Part shown: positions 14,575 through 25,128 of the stretch, one piece after another | Position numbering within the stretch: the stretch's first letter is position 1 | Layout: the number at the start of each line of letters is the position of its first letter | NCBI GenBank assembly: GCA_040752415.1 | Contig: JBFMGU010000005.1 | Span: 2,988-66,987 of the forward strand | Length of the DNA: 64,000 nt | Source: Myxococcota bacterium | Lineage (GTDB): Bacteria > Myxococcota > JACRCW01 | Direction: 5' to 3' | Notes under the pieces: generated by a model | The model's input: only the letters and a program-made list of their open reading frames with translations | What the model was told of the DNA's origin: nothing | The model's database searches: none | Position numbers and translations under genes: made by a program

Positions 14575-16864
14575 CCAGCACCTCCTTTGCATGCAAGAGC
14601 CTCAACACCTGTGAAGGCGAGAAGGGAACGGCGTTCACCCGGATTCCCACGGCGTCATGGATGGCGTTGGCAATCGCCGGAATGGACGAATGCAGCGGGC
14701 CCTCCCCTGCTTCCTTCGCACCGTACGGCCCCACGGGATCGTTCGTCTCGACGAGAATCGGGTGGATGCGCGGCACGTCGCCCGTCGTGGGAATGCGGTA
14801 GTCCAGCAGCGTGGGTCCGCGATGCAATCCCGACGGGTGGAACGTGTGCTCTTCAAACAGCGCCTCCCCCAGTCCCATCACGGCGCATCCCTCAATCTGC
14901 CCCTCGACGAGCAGCGGATTCAGCGCGGTTCCCCCGTCGTGGGCGGCCCAGATGTTCTCCACGCGCACGCGTCCCGTTTCCGGGTCCACCGTCACCTCGG
15001 CCACGTGCGCCGTGAACGAGTACGCCGGCGACGCACCAATGGTTCCGCCCCGGTACGACCCGTGCACATCCTTGGGCGTGTTGAAGTGGCCCACGCTTCC
15101 CAGCGTTCCTCCGTCGGTCTCTGCCCACTGGAATGCGTCGTGGATGGCCACCTTCTGGGCGGTGTCGCTCTGGCGCATGGCCCAACCGTCGGCCAGCAGC
15201 ACGTCGACGGACTGACAGTTCCATCGTCGTGCAACCGCGTCGCGGACCTTGTCACCGAGCTGACGCGCAGCCATCAGGCACGCATTTCCGGCCATCAACG
15301 TGATGCGGCTGGAGTACGCGCCCAGGTCCACCGGCGTCAGGTCCGTGTCGGCTGCCAACACGCGGACTGACGTCGGCAGTACCCCCAGCTCCTCGCACGC
15401 AATCTGCGCGAGCATGGACATGGCGCCCTGGCCGATGTCGCTGACGCCGCTGAAGATCGTCACGCGCCCGCTCCGATCCACTTTCATCTGCACCGCGCTC
15501 TGCGGCATGTCATTCGGATAGATGGGGTAGTTGGTTCCACTGATGTAGAAGCTCCCCGCCACACCCACCCCGCGACCGAATGGCAGCTTGCGGAACTTCT
15601 CCTTCCATCCGCTCGCCTTCTCCACCCGCTCCAGGCATTCCGCGAATCCGTTGGAACGCACCAGCAATCCATTGACGGTGCGATTTCCCCCTTCCAACAG
15701 GTTCCGCCGTCGGAGCTCCATGGGGTCCAGGCCCAGCTTCTCCGCCAGCTGATCCACCGCTACCTCGAATGCGAACCGCGGCTGCACGCTTCCGTGACCA
15801 CGCTTGGGACCGCACGCCGGCTTGTTGGTGTACACACGACGAGCGTCAAAGCGATACGCCGGCAGGTGCAGCGGAGCCGCCAGGAGCTGACCGGAGTAGT
15901 ACGTCGTCACCAGGCCGAATGACGCATACCCGCCACCGTCGATGTCGATCTTCGCGTCACACCCGGTAAGCCGCCCGTCTTTCATGGCTCCCACGCGGTG
16001 ACGCATGCGCATCCCGTGACGACCGCGGTGCGCGTAGAACACCTCCTCACGCGTGTACCGGATCTTCACCGGCCTTCCCGTCATCATCGCCAGCTTGGCA
16101 ACGCAGAATTCCAGGTCGAACGGCTCGCTCTTGCCACCAAACCCGCCGCCCACGTTGGGCTGGATGACCCGCACGCGGTCCATGGGCAGCTCGAGAACGC
16201 GCGCCAGCTCCCGGTGCAGGTAGTGGGGAACCTGCGTGGCGCTGATGACCGTGAGCACGCCGTGGGGCTCCACCTGTCCAATCGCGCAGTGCGGCTCCAT
16301 GGCCACGTGCGTGGTGCTCTCGAACGTCGATTCCAGGTCGACAATCACGTCGCTGGCGGCCAGCGCGGCTTCCACGTCGCCGAATGCAAGCTCCACGTGC
16401 TTCAGCACATTGCCGTGCTTGTTGCCCTCGTGGATGACGGGCGCTCCAGGCGCCAACGCTTGTTCCACCGTCGTCACGGCCGGCAGCGGCTCGTAATGCA
16501 CCGCCACCGCGTTCGCGGCCCGAGCCGCGGTTTCCTCATCCAACGCCGCAACCGCCGCCACCGCGTCGCCAATGTAGCGCGCCTTGTCGACGCACAACAC
16601 GTGCTCGTCCTGCGTCCACGGAATGATTCCGTATGGATGCGGCAGATCCTTTCCGGTGATGACCGCCAGCACACCGGGAATCCGCATCGCCGCGCTCGCG
16701 TCCACGCCGAGAATGCGTGCATGGGCATGCGGGCTGCGCACGATTCGACCATGCAGCATCCGTGGAAGCCGGATGTCGTCGGTGAACCGCGCCTGTCCGG
16801 TCACGCACGCCGCCGCGTCTCCCTTGGGAGTCCGGCGCCCCACCATCCAGCGACGCTCACCCAT
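14552..16864 (-). CDS. hcrA: 4-hydroxybenzoyl-CoA reductase alpha subunit (xanthine oxidase family Mo protein)
   Basis: VGGGFGGK, GPKRGHG, GAYSSR, GAKEAGEG motifs; adjacent to bcr cluster. Confidence 0.85.
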   Translation of the reverse strand: MGERRWMVGRRTPKGDAAACVTGQARFTDDIRLPRMLHGRIVRSPHAHARILGVDASAAMRIPGVLAVITGKDLPHPYGIIPWTQDEHVLCVDKARYIGDAVAAVAALDEETAARAANAVAVHYEPLPAVTTVEQALAPGAPVIHEGNKHGNVLKHVELAFGDVEAALAASDVIVDLESTFESTTHVAMEPHCAIGQVEPHGVLTVISATQVPHYLHRELARVLELPMDRVRVIQPNVGGGFGGKSEPFDLEFCVAKLAMMTGRPVKIRYTREEVFYAHRGRHGMRMRHRVGAMKDGRLTGCDAKIDIDGGGYASFGLVTTYYSGQLLAAPLHLPAYRFDARRVYTNKPACGPKRGHGSVQPRFAFEVAVDQLAEKLGLDPMELRRRNLLEGGNRTVNGLLVRSNGFAECLERVEKASGWKEKFRKLPFGRGVGVAGSFYISGTNYPIYPNDMPQSAVQMKVDRSGRVTIFSGVSDIGQGAMSMLAQIACEELGVLPTSVRVLAADTDLTPVDLGAYSSRITLMAGNACLMAARQLGDKVRDAVARRWNCQSVDVLLADGWAMRQSDTAQKVAIHDAFQWAETDGGTLGSVGHFNTPKDVHGSYRGGTIGASPAYSFTAHVAEVTVDPETGRVRVENIWAAHDGGTALNPLLVEGQIEGCAVMGLGEALFEEHTFHPSGLHRGPTLLDYRIPTTGDVPRIHPILVETNDPVGPYGAKEAGEGPLHSSIPAIANAIHDAVGIRVNAVPFSPSQVLRLLHAKEVLDAAAARV

Positions 16865-17351
16865 GACGGGCTCCCTCCTTCCCAATCCGGCGCGCCGCTT
16901 CCTCCACGGCGTCGACGATCTTGGTGTAGCCCGTGCACCGGCACAGGTTGCCCCCCAGCGCCTTCTCAATCTGCTCTCGCGACGGTGACGACTCCGTTTC
17001 CAACAAGGCTCGCGCGCTCATGAGCATTCCCGGCGTGCAGAAGCCACACTGCGTGGCTCCCAGCTCCACGAATGCCTGCTGCAAGGGGTGCAGATCCGGG
17101 CCGCGCGCCAGCGCTTCCACGGTCTCCACCCGTCGTCCGTCCACGTCCGCGGCCAACATCAAACAGGAGAGCACCGGCGCCCCGTCGACGAGAACCGTGC
17201 ACGCTCCGCATTCTCCACGGTCGCAGCCGCGCTTGGTGCCGGGCAGATCGAGAATCTCGCGCAACAATTGCACCAGCGTCACATTGGGTGAGATCGCCGC
17301 GCGAACCGAATCTCCGTTGATGATCGCTTGGATATCCAGGAGGCGCCGCAT
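16857..17351 (-). CDS. hcrC: 4-hydroxybenzoyl-CoA reductase gamma subunit (2x 2Fe-2S); start could be 17405
   Basis: GCDRGECGACTV, QCGFCTPG, NLCRCTGY. Confidence 0.85.
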   Translation of the reverse strand: MRRLLDIQAIINGDSVRAAISPNVTLVQLLREILDLPGTKRGCDRGECGACTVLVDGAPVLSCLMLAADVDGRRVETVEALARGPDLHPLQQAFVELGATQCGFCTPGMLMSARALLETESSPSREQIEKALGGNLCRCTGYTKIVDAVEEAARRIGKEGARHG

Positions 17352-17534
17352 CTGCTTTCGCGCATCCTTTTCGTTCACCGCTTTATCTGCGCATTTTGCT
17401 GTCATTGCATCCACCCTCTGCCGCAAGAACTACGCGATCTGACGCGGAGTTGTCGACGAGAACTCGTTGACGCTGAACGATCGTTCGTGTACCAGACCGC
17501 GCATTCACGCTGCAAATGGGGAAGGGACAAATAC

Positions 17535-18599
17535 ATGCCTATTCGCGCAACCGCATGGTTTCTGGAGACTGTGGGAAAGCCACTGGTCCAGCGTGATCTC
17601 CTCATCGACACGCCTTCCCAGGGTGAGGTTGTCGTCGAGGTTGGCGCTTGCGGCGTGTGTCACACGGACCTGGGGTTCGCCGACGGTTCCGTGGCGCCGC
17701 GCCACGCGCTCCCGCTGGTGCTGGGCCACGAGATCATGGGCACGGTGGTGGATGCCGCTCCGGATGCGTCCCACTGGCGCGGACGACGGGTCCTGATTCC
17801 CGCCGTCATTCCCTGCGGATCGTGCGCCTGGTGCGCCGCGGGACGGGGGAACGCGTGTCCGCAGCAGAAGATGCCCGGCAATGACATCCACGGCGGTTTC
17901 GCCACGCACGTCACGGTTCCGGCCGGTGCGCTGGTTCCGCTGGATGATGTCCCCTCCAGCATCGACGCGCGCTCCTTGTCCGTCGTGGCCGACGCGGCCT
18001 CCACGGCGTGGCAGGGAATCCGGAAGGCGGAGCTGGCCCAGGGTGACGTCGCGTTCGTGGTTGGGACGGGCGGCGTGGGTGGATTCCTGGTGCAGATGGC
18101 CAAGGCCGTGGGGGCCTACGTGGTGGCGTGTGACGTCGACGAGAGGCGTCTCCAGGCGGCGGCCGCCCAGGGCGCGGACCTGGTGATCAACGTGAAGGAC
18201 CGCAACCCGCGCGACGTCCGCAAGGCGGCACACGGTCAAGCCCGCACCTGGGATGTCCCTTCCCTGCGCTGGCGGATCTTTGAATGCAGCGGTGTTCCGG
18301 CGGGACAACAGCTCGCCTTCACGCTGCTGGCGCAGACCGCAACCATGGTCGTGATTGGCTTCACGCCCACGCCCGTGGAGCTGCGCCTGTCCAATGTCAT
18401 GGCGTTGGACGCCACCATCCACGGGACGTGGGGCTGCGCTCCGGCCCGCTATGCGGAGGTCATGCCCCTGGTGCTCGGCGGCAAGGTGAAGCTGGCGGAT
18501 GCCGTGACCTACGCGCCGCTCTCCGACGTGAACCGCGTGCTGGATGACATGGCGAACCATCGCCTGGACCGCCGCGTGGTGCTGGATCCCCGACTCTGA
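17535..18599 (+). CDS. had: 6-hydroxycyclohex-1-ene-1-carbonyl-CoA dehydrogenase (Zn-dependent)
   Basis: GVCHTDLG, LGHE, QKMPGNDIHGGFA, GTWGC; context. Confidence 0.88.
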   Translation: MPIRATAWFLETVGKPLVQRDLLIDTPSQGEVVVEVGACGVCHTDLGFADGSVAPRHALPLVLGHEIMGTVVDAAPDASHWRGRRVLIPAVIPCGSCAWCAAGRGNACPQQKMPGNDIHGGFATHVTVPAGALVPLDDVPSSIDARSLSVVADAASTAWQGIRKAELAQGDVAFVVGTGGVGGFLVQMAKAVGAYVVACDVDERRLQAAAAQGADLVINVKDRNPRDVRKAAHGQARTWDVPSLRWRIFECSGVPAGQQLAFTLLAQTATMVVIGFTPTPVELRLSNVMALDATIHGTWGCAPARYAEVMPLVLGGKVKLADAVTYAPLSDVNRVLDDMANHRLDRRVVLDPRL

Positions 18600-18619
18600 T
18601 TCTCCAGGAGGATTGCCCG

Positions 18620-19750
18620 ATGGTTGAGCTCAAGAACCATGACCTCGTCCCTGATCACACGTTCCGTCACATCCGTTACGAGGAGAAACCGGTCAAAACC
18701 CGCGACGGAAAGGTGGTGGAGGGGCTGCACCAGGTGTGGATCAGCCTGGACAACGAGAAGCAGCTGAACTCGTACACCACCTCCGCGGTCAAGGACGTCA
18801 TCCTCGCGTTCCGTCGGGCCAGCGTGGATCGTCGGGCGGTGGCGGTGGTGTTCACGGGCGTGGGCAGCAAGGCCTTCTGCACCGGCGGAAACACGGCGGA
18901 GTACGCCACCTACTATGCCAACCGGCCGCTCGAGTACCTGCAGTACATGCGGCTCTTCAATGACATGGTGACCGGCATCCTCCAGTGCGACAAGCCGGTC
19001 ATCTGCCGCGTGAATGGAATGCGCATTGCCGGTGGCCAGGAGATTGGAATGGCATGTGATTTCTCCGTGGCGGGAGATCACGCGCGGTTTGGCCAGGCCG
19101 GACCCATCCACGGCTCCGCCCCCGACGGAGGCGCCACCGATTTCCTCCATCTCTACGTGGGGTATGCCCGGGCCGCGGAGTCGCTTTCATTGTGTGAACC
19201 GTGGTCCGCGCACAAAGCATATGCCATTGGCCTCATCAATGACGTGGTTCCGACTCACCGCACCCGCGATGGTGCCTGGATTGCGAATCCCCTGGTCCAG
19301 ACGGAGCGCCACACCGACGAGCTGGGCCGCCTGGTCTACGGCGAGTGGAAGAAGGACGAGGCGTACCGGCAAGGCAAGGCGGTCGCGGAGACGTGCACCA
19401 TCGACCTCTCCCGCCTCGACGCCGCCGTCGACGGCCTGGTTACCCGCCTGATGTACACGTTCCCGGACTGCACCCGTCGGACGCTGGAGAGCCTGCGGAA
19501 GAAGAAGCTGGAGCATTGGCTGGCCAACTGTGAGTCCAGCCGCTCCTGGCTCGCGTTGAACATGAACACCGAGGCGGCCGCCGGATTCCCCGCGTTCCAC
19601 TACGGTGATCGCGACGAGCGTGAGGTCGACTTCGTGCGACTGCGCCAGCGTCTCGCCGAGGGCGCGGCCTTCGACCAGGACCTGGTTCTCGACGTCCAGC
19701 CTGCGTCGGCCCGACGGAAGATGGTGGAAGCCGCCAGGGAGCGGAAGTGA
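18620..19750 (+). CDS. oah: 6-oxocyclohex-1-ene-1-carbonyl-CoA hydrolase (ring-opening)
   Basis: Crotonase fold; QLNSYTT, FCTGGNTAEYA, GGQEIGMACD, GSAPDGGATDFL, WLALNM. Confidence 0.92.
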   Translation: MVELKNHDLVPDHTFRHIRYEEKPVKTRDGKVVEGLHQVWISLDNEKQLNSYTTSAVKDVILAFRRASVDRRAVAVVFTGVGSKAFCTGGNTAEYATYYANRPLEYLQYMRLFNDMVTGILQCDKPVICRVNGMRIAGGQEIGMACDFSVAGDHARFGQAGPIHGSAPDGGATDFLHLYVGYARAAESLSLCEPWSAHKAYAIGLINDVVPTHRTRDGAWIANPLVQTERHTDELGRLVYGEWKKDEAYRQGKAVAETCTIDLSRLDAAVDGLVTRLMYTFPDCTRRTLESLRKKKLEHWLANCESSRSWLALNMNTEAAAGFPAFHYGDRDEREVDFVRLRQRLAEGAAFDQDLVLDVQPASARRKMVEAARERK

Positions 19751-20538
19751 TGGCCGCCGCGGAAACGCCGGGGATCCGCTCTGAGCTGCTCGAGGACGGA
19801 CGGGTGCTCCGCATCCTCCTGGATCAGCCCAAGGGCAACGTCCTCACCGGCGTGATGATGGACGCGCTGCGCGCGCAGCTGGAGTCACACGTTGCCGCGC
19901 CGGAGCTGCAGCTCGTCGTCATCCGCGGCGCGGGTGGCAACTTCTCCTACGGCGCCTCCGTTCCCGAGCATCAGAAGCAGCAGGCAGCCCAGATGCTGCG
20001 CTCGTTCCATGCCATGGCGCGAAGCATCGCGGGATGCCCGGTGCCGGTGGCCGCGCTCGTCGAGGGAAAGTGCCTGGGTGGTGCGTTTGAGTTGGCATTG
20101 TGTTGCCACCTGGTCTTCACCTCGCCCAATGCGGTGTTCGCGTGTCCGGAGGTCAAGCTCGGCGTCTTCCCGCCGGTGTTGGCCGCGTTGGGGGCGCAGC
20201 GCCTGGGCGCTCCCACGGCGGAACGGCTGCTGCTGACGGGTGGAGAGCTGGATGCGAGAGCGGCGCACGCTCTTGGCTGGGTGTCGGCGATTCTCGACGG
20301 AGATCCGGAACAGAAGCTCCTGGAATGGTACCGGACCAACCTGCAGCCGCTTTCCGCTTTCACGCTCCGACAGGCCACCCGCGCCATGCGCGTTGATTCC
20401 GGCTGGCTGGCCCAGTTCTCCGCGGCGCTCGAGGCGGCGGAACGTCGCTACGTGGACCACCTGCTGCCGAGTCACGACGGAAACGAAGGCATCGACGCGT
20501 TCCTCGCGCGGCGCCCGCCCCAGTGGAGGAACGCCTGA
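19747..20538 (+). CDS. dch: Cyclohexa-1,5-diene-1-carbonyl-CoA hydratase
   Basis: PKGNVL, FSYGASVPEH, CLGGAFEL, PEVKLGVFPP. Confidence 0.88.
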   Translation: MMAAAETPGIRSELLEDGRVLRILLDQPKGNVLTGVMMDALRAQLESHVAAPELQLVVIRGAGGNFSYGASVPEHQKQQAAQMLRSFHAMARSIAGCPVPVAALVEGKCLGGAFELALCCHLVFTSPNAVFACPEVKLGVFPPVLAALGAQRLGAPTAERLLLTGGELDARAAHALGWVSAILDGDPEQKLLEWYRTNLQPLSAFTLRQATRAMRVDSGWLAQFSAALEAAERRYVDHLLPSHDGNEGIDAFLARRPPQWRNA

Positions 20539-21224
20539 AGTCTCGTCGGGACAGCCACGCACAGGCCCGCGCGGAGATTCTCCAGGTGGCGGCCCGCTTC
20601 ATCGCGCGGCACGGCTACTTCGGCATGACCATGCGTGCGCTGGCCCGCCAGAGAGGAAAAGCGCTGGCCAGCTTCTACAACCACTTCTCGTCGAAGGAAG
20701 ACGTCCTCTTCGCCCTGCAGACGGGTGCCTTCCAGGCGTTGATTGCTTGTGCCCGTGACGGGGTGGCGTTGGGTGTCACCGCGGAGGGGCGGCTGCACGC
20801 GTTCATCCTCAACCACGTGACCTACGTGGCGGAGAACCCGGACATCATGCGTGTGCTGGTTCATGAGGCGGGTGCGCTCCCACCTCGTCGACGACGCGTG
20901 GTGCGCGAGCTCAAGGAAACGTACTTCGGCATGGCACGGCAGATCATCTCCGAGCTCATGCATAGTGAGCGCCTCCCCGCCGACGACGCTGAGGTTGACC
21001 GCAGCACCTACGCGCTCTTTGGCATGATCAACTGGGTTTGGAGCTGGTACCGCCCACGACGCCACGGCTCACCGCGGGAAGTTGCCCGCACGCTCCACCG
21101 CATCCTGCTGGCCGGACTGATCGACCACGACCCCTTCCGCGCCGTCCAGGAGGACGTTGAGCGTCGGATGACGTCGGTGCGGCGCGCCCCGCTGATTCCC
21201 GTCGAGATTCATGGAGGACCCTGA
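20523..21224 (+). CDS. TetR/AcrR family regulator (KstR2-like C-terminus)
   Basis: N-terminal HTH ...FYNHFSSKEDVL; FGMINWVWSWY. Confidence 0.88.
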   Translation: MEERLKSRRDSHAQARAEILQVAARFIARHGYFGMTMRALARQRGKALASFYNHFSSKEDVLFALQTGAFQALIACARDGVALGVTAEGRLHAFILNHVTYVAENPDIMRVLVHEAGALPPRRRRVVRELKETYFGMARQIISELMHSERLPADDAEVDRSTYALFGMINWVWSWYRPRRHGSPREVARTLHRILLAGLIDHDPFRAVQEDVERRMTSVRRAPLIPVEIHGGP

Positions 21225-22429
21225 TGGAGATGAACGTCTCAACCGAGCACGCCCACGACCCGGCCGCGCCGGTGCTCGAGAGAGCGCGTGCGCTCCTCGA
21301 CGACCGCGAGCTCCGCCACGTCAAGGCGTGGAAGGAGCGGAATCCGGGCGGCCTCGCCGTGGGCTACATGCCCATCTATGCGCCGCGTCCGTTGCTGGAA
21401 GCCATGGGCTGTCTTCCCGTCGCCATCTTCGGCGGTGGGGACCAGCTTGACATCATCCGCGGCGACTCGTTCTTCCAGTCGTACATCTGTCACATCCCGC
21501 GCAGCACCATCGAGCTTGCGCTCGGCGGTTACCTTGCTCCGCTGGACGGCATGATCTTCCCGTCCATCTGCGACGTCATCCGCAACCTCGGCGGCATGTG
21601 GCAGATGCTGTTCCCGGAGAAATACTCCGCGTACCTGGACCTGCCGCAGAACTTCGCGTGGGGGTTGGGTGGGCGTTTCTACGTCGGAGAGCTGCGTCGG
21701 ATTGCGCATGACCTGGAGGCGCGCGGAGCCCAGCCCCTCACCGAGGCGAACCTGCGCAAGGCCATCGTTGCGGAGAACTCCCGTCGTCGGGCGCTGATGG
21801 AGCTGGATGCCATCCGTCGGGAGGAGCCGCACCGCGTGCGTGCCACGGAGGCGTACACCGTGGTGCGTGCGGGTGCGGGTCTTCCTGCCGTCGAGCACGA
21901 GGAGCTGGTGCGCGAGTTCATCCAGGCGGTGAAGCGACGCGAGCCCAAGCCGTTCGACAACGTGCGCGTGGTGCTCGTGGGCTCCTTCTGTGAGCAGCCA
22001 CCGGTGGACCTCATCCGCACGCTGGAGAAGGCGGGCTGCGACATCCTCGACGACGATTTCCAGCTCGGCATCCGCTACATCGACGGCGACATCGAGCTCA
22101 CCGATGACATGCTCGCGGTGGAGGGCCTGGCCCGTTCCTTCCTGACCCGCGGCCGGGAGACGGCTTCCCGTTACATCGGCTCCGACGAGAAAGGCGCCGC
22201 GCTCATCCAGCGGGTGCGGGACTGCCACGCGGACGGCGTCATCTTCGCCGCGGCCTCGTTCTGTGATCCCGCGCTGCTGGACCAACCCATGCTGGAGCAC
22301 GCGCTCGCCCGCGCGGGTGTGCCGTTCACCAGCTTCAAGTTCGCCGAGAACACCGGCCAGTTCCAGGTCATCCGTGAACAGGCGGGTGCCTTCTCCGACT
22401 CCGTCAAGCTCTGGGGTGCCGTGTCATGA
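21224..22429 (+). CDS. bcrC: Class I benzoyl-CoA reductase subunit C
   Basis: IIRGDSFFQSYICHIPRST, SICDVIRNL, SFCDPALL, FAENTGQFQVIREQAGAFSDSVKLW. Confidence 0.93.
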   Translation: MEMNVSTEHAHDPAAPVLERARALLDDRELRHVKAWKERNPGGLAVGYMPIYAPRPLLEAMGCLPVAIFGGGDQLDIIRGDSFFQSYICHIPRSTIELALGGYLAPLDGMIFPSICDVIRNLGGMWQMLFPEKYSAYLDLPQNFAWGLGGRFYVGELRRIAHDLEARGAQPLTEANLRKAIVAENSRRRALMELDAIRREEPHRVRATEAYTVVRAGAGLPAVEHEELVREFIQAVKRREPKPFDNVRVVLVGSFCEQPPVDLIRTLEKAGCDILDDDFQLGIRYIDGDIELTDDMLAVEGLARSFLTRGRETASRYIGSDEKGAALIQRVRDCHADGVIFAAASFCDPALLDQPMLEHALARAGVPFTSFKFAENTGQFQVIREQAGAFSDSVKLWGAVS

Positions 22430-23745
22430 CCGACGTCTCCACCACATCCACATCCGCATCCGCTCGCGACGTCCCCGCCACCGAGAAGGATCGCAGCCAG
22501 CTCCGTCAGAAACAGATGATCTCCGACCACTTCGACCGGCTCGCCCGTGCGAAGGAGGAAGGGAAGAAGGTCGTCTACACGTTTGTGCCCGGGAATCTCA
22601 CCGAGCTCATCGGCGCGCTCGACATGCTGCCCGTGCTCCCGGAGATCAACGCGCTGCAATCCGGCATGCGCAAGCGCTCCGCCGGTTTCATCGCGGAAGC
22701 GGAGAAGGCCGGTCACTCCGAGGACGTGTGCGCCTACGTGAAGTGCGACATCGGGATGCTCAAGCGCGGGAACATCGGCCCCACCGGCACGCAGCTCCCG
22801 CCGCCCGACCTGCTGCTGCTCTCGTACACGGGCTGCTTCACGTTCATGAAGTGGTTCGAGCTGTTGCGGGAGGAGTACCAGTGTCCCGTCGTCATGCTGC
22901 ACGTGCCCTACCAGGGCAACGGCGCCATCACGCCGGAGATGCGGGATTACGTCGTGGAGCAGCTGAAACGCGACGTCATTCCGGTGATGGAGCAGGTGGC
23001 GGGCAAGAAGCTGGACATGCGTGAGCTGGAGCGTCGCATGGAGCTTTCCCGCCGGGCCGAGGACAACCTGGTCTCCGTCTGGGAATCCGCGCGCCACCGC
23101 CCCTCCCCCATCGACGGGTACTTCGGCGGTGTCTACTACGTGGGCCCCATCTTCTCGGCGTTCCGCGGCAGTGAGGACGCCGTGGCGTACTACGACGAGC
23201 TGCTCTCCGAGGTGAATGACCGCGTGGCGCGCAAGGAGGGCCCGGTCACTCCGGACGGCATCATGACCAACGAGAAGTACCGTCTCGTCGTGGAGGGGCC
23301 ACCCAACTGGACCAACTTCTTCGACTTCTGGAAGATGTTCAGCCGTGAAGGCGCCACCGTTGTCTCCAGCACGTACACGCGCGTGGGTGGCCTGTATGAC
23401 ACCGGTTTCCGTCACAACCCCGACCACGCGCTGGAGAGCCTCGCGGACTACTGCCTGGGTTGTTACACGAACCTCTCGCTGCCCGAGCGCGTGAATCTCC
23501 TCGAGAGCTACATCCGGAAGTACGAGGCGGATGGCTTCCTCATCAACAGCGTCAAGAGCTGCAACTCGTTCAGCGTCGGTCAGCTGTTGATCCTGCGCCA
23601 GCTCGAGGAGCGCACGGGGATTCCCGGCGGGTTCATTGAGTCGGACCTCGTGGATCCCCGCTACTTCGGCAAGTCCAACATCGAGAACCGGGTGCAGAGC
23701 TATCTGCAGATGCTGGATGCACGCCGGCAGAGGAGCTACGCGTGA
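22426..23745 (+). CDS. bcrB: Class I benzoyl-CoA reductase subunit B
   Basis: TFVPGNL, PEINALQ, SYTGCFTFMKWFE, KSCNSFS, ESDLVDPRYF. Confidence 0.93.
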   Translation: MTDVSTTSTSASARDVPATEKDRSQLRQKQMISDHFDRLARAKEEGKKVVYTFVPGNLTELIGALDMLPVLPEINALQSGMRKRSAGFIAEAEKAGHSEDVCAYVKCDIGMLKRGNIGPTGTQLPPPDLLLLSYTGCFTFMKWFELLREEYQCPVVMLHVPYQGNGAITPEMRDYVVEQLKRDVIPVMEQVAGKKLDMRELERRMELSRRAEDNLVSVWESARHRPSPIDGYFGGVYYVGPIFSAFRGSEDAVAYYDELLSEVNDRVARKEGPVTPDGIMTNEKYRLVVEGPPNWTNFFDFWKMFSREGATVVSSTYTRVGGLYDTGFRHNPDHALESLADYCLGCYTNLSLPERVNLLESYIRKYEADGFLINSVKSCNSFSVGQLLILRQLEERTGIPGGFIESDLVDPRYFGKSNIENRVQSYLQMLDARRQRSYA

Positions 23746-25118
23746 AGTGCGTCGTCGGAATCGACCTGGGCTCCACCACCACCAAGGCCATCCTCCTCGA
23801 CGAGCAGGGAGAGATGGTGGGTCGGGGCATCACCAACAGTCGCAGCAACTACGAGGTGGCGTGCGCCGTGGCGCGGCAGGAAGCGCTCACCAGCGTGCGT
23901 TTCTCCATGTTGGAACGCGCCGCGGCCCGCATTCCCGCCCCGACGGGAGACCGCATCCGCGCGCTCATTCCTGGCATCCGCGAGGCGTTCCGTCTGGAGG
24001 TGTACCTGGACGAGCTGGCGGAACTGCGCAACGTCATCATGGCCCAGCTGGGGCGCAGCCTCCTGCTCCGCGACGCGCGCAAGACCATGCAGCCCGCGCT
24101 CTCACGGATCCTCGACGACGTTGCCACCGACGCTCCCCGGCTCTTCCTCGGCGGCGCGCCGCGCAGGAGCGACTTCTTCCGTGATCTCGCCGGGGCCGCG
24201 TTCGTGGCCGGGGCGGAGAAGCTGTCCCGCCAGGAGGGCTTGCCGTTCGAACCGCTGGTCGGCTGCTACGACCGCGCGATCCTCGAGGTGGAGACGCGCG
24301 GCCCGCCCCGGGACATCCCCGCCATCATGGAGCGCGCCGTCGTCCGGGTGCTCAAGCGTGAGGGGGAGGTCGACGAGGGACTGCGCAACGCGTTCAAGGG
24401 CATCGTCGCTGACGTGAAGTCAATGCCCATTGAGGAGGTCGCGTTCGTGGGCACCGGGTACGGTCGTCAGACGCTGCCGTTCCCCAAGCAATCCATCCGC
24501 TCGGAGATCCTGTGTCACGGTCGGGGCGCGCACCGCGTGTTTCCGGGGACGCGCACGGTCCTGGACATTGGCGGGCAGGACACCAAGGCCATCCAGGTGG
24601 ATCACGCCGGCGTGGTGACGTCGTTCCAGATGAATGATCGCTGCGCCGCCGGCTGCGGCCGCTACCTCGGCTACATCGCCGACGAGCTGAACCTGGGCCT
24701 CCACGAGCTGGGACCACTGGCCATGCAGGCCACACGCACGGTGAAGGTCTGTTCCACGTGCACGGTGTTTGCCGGCGCAGAGCTGCGGGAACGTCTGGCG
24801 CTGGGACAACAACGCTCCGACATCCTTGCCGGACTGCACCGCGCCATCATGCTGCGCGCCATGTCGTTGCTTGCCCGCTCCGGCGGCATCAAGGATGAGT
24901 TCACCTTCACCGGCGGCGTCTGCAACAACCCCATGGCCACCAAGATCCTCCGGGATCTCGTCGACGAGAACTACAGCTCCGCCATCAAGCTCAATGCCCA
25001 CCCGGACAGCATCTACATGGGCGCGCTGGGTGCCGCGCTGTTCGCCCTCGACGACGCACGCGCCGGTCGCGGCGGAATCCTCCCCAACTTTGCCCGGCCT
25101 TCCGAGGCGGCGGCCTAA
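23742..25118 (+). CDS. bcrA: Class I benzoyl-CoA reductase subunit A (ASKHA ATPase)
   Basis: GIDLGSTTTKA, ITNSRSNY, SEILCHG, DIGGQDTK, MNDRCAAGCGRYL. Confidence 0.95.
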   Translation: MKCVVGIDLGSTTTKAILLDEQGEMVGRGITNSRSNYEVACAVARQEALTSVRFSMLERAAARIPAPTGDRIRALIPGIREAFRLEVYLDELAELRNVIMAQLGRSLLLRDARKTMQPALSRILDDVATDAPRLFLGGAPRRSDFFRDLAGAAFVAGAEKLSRQEGLPFEPLVGCYDRAILEVETRGPPRDIPAIMERAVVRVLKREGEVDEGLRNAFKGIVADVKSMPIEEVAFVGTGYGRQTLPFPKQSIRSEILCHGRGAHRVFPGTRTVLDIGGQDTKAIQVDHAGVVTSFQMNDRCAAGCGRYLGYIADELNLGLHELGPLAMQATRTVKVCSTCTVFAGAELRERLALGQQRSDILAGLHRAIMLRAMSLLARSGGIKDEFTFTGGVCNNPMATKILRDLVDENYSSAIKLNAHPDSIYMGALGAALFALDDARAGRGGILPNFARPSEAAA

Positions 25119-25128
25119 GGAGCGCACC

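Noticed and set aside
13579-17351. Generic xanthine or CO dehydrogenase
   Set aside because: The Cys-rich insert in the FAD subunit and the adjacency to bcr favour 4-hydroxybenzoyl-CoA reductase.
17352-17534. FNR box in the hcr/had divergent promoter
   Set aside because: No convincing TTGAT-N4-ATCAA; TTGACGCTGAACGA matches only one half-site.
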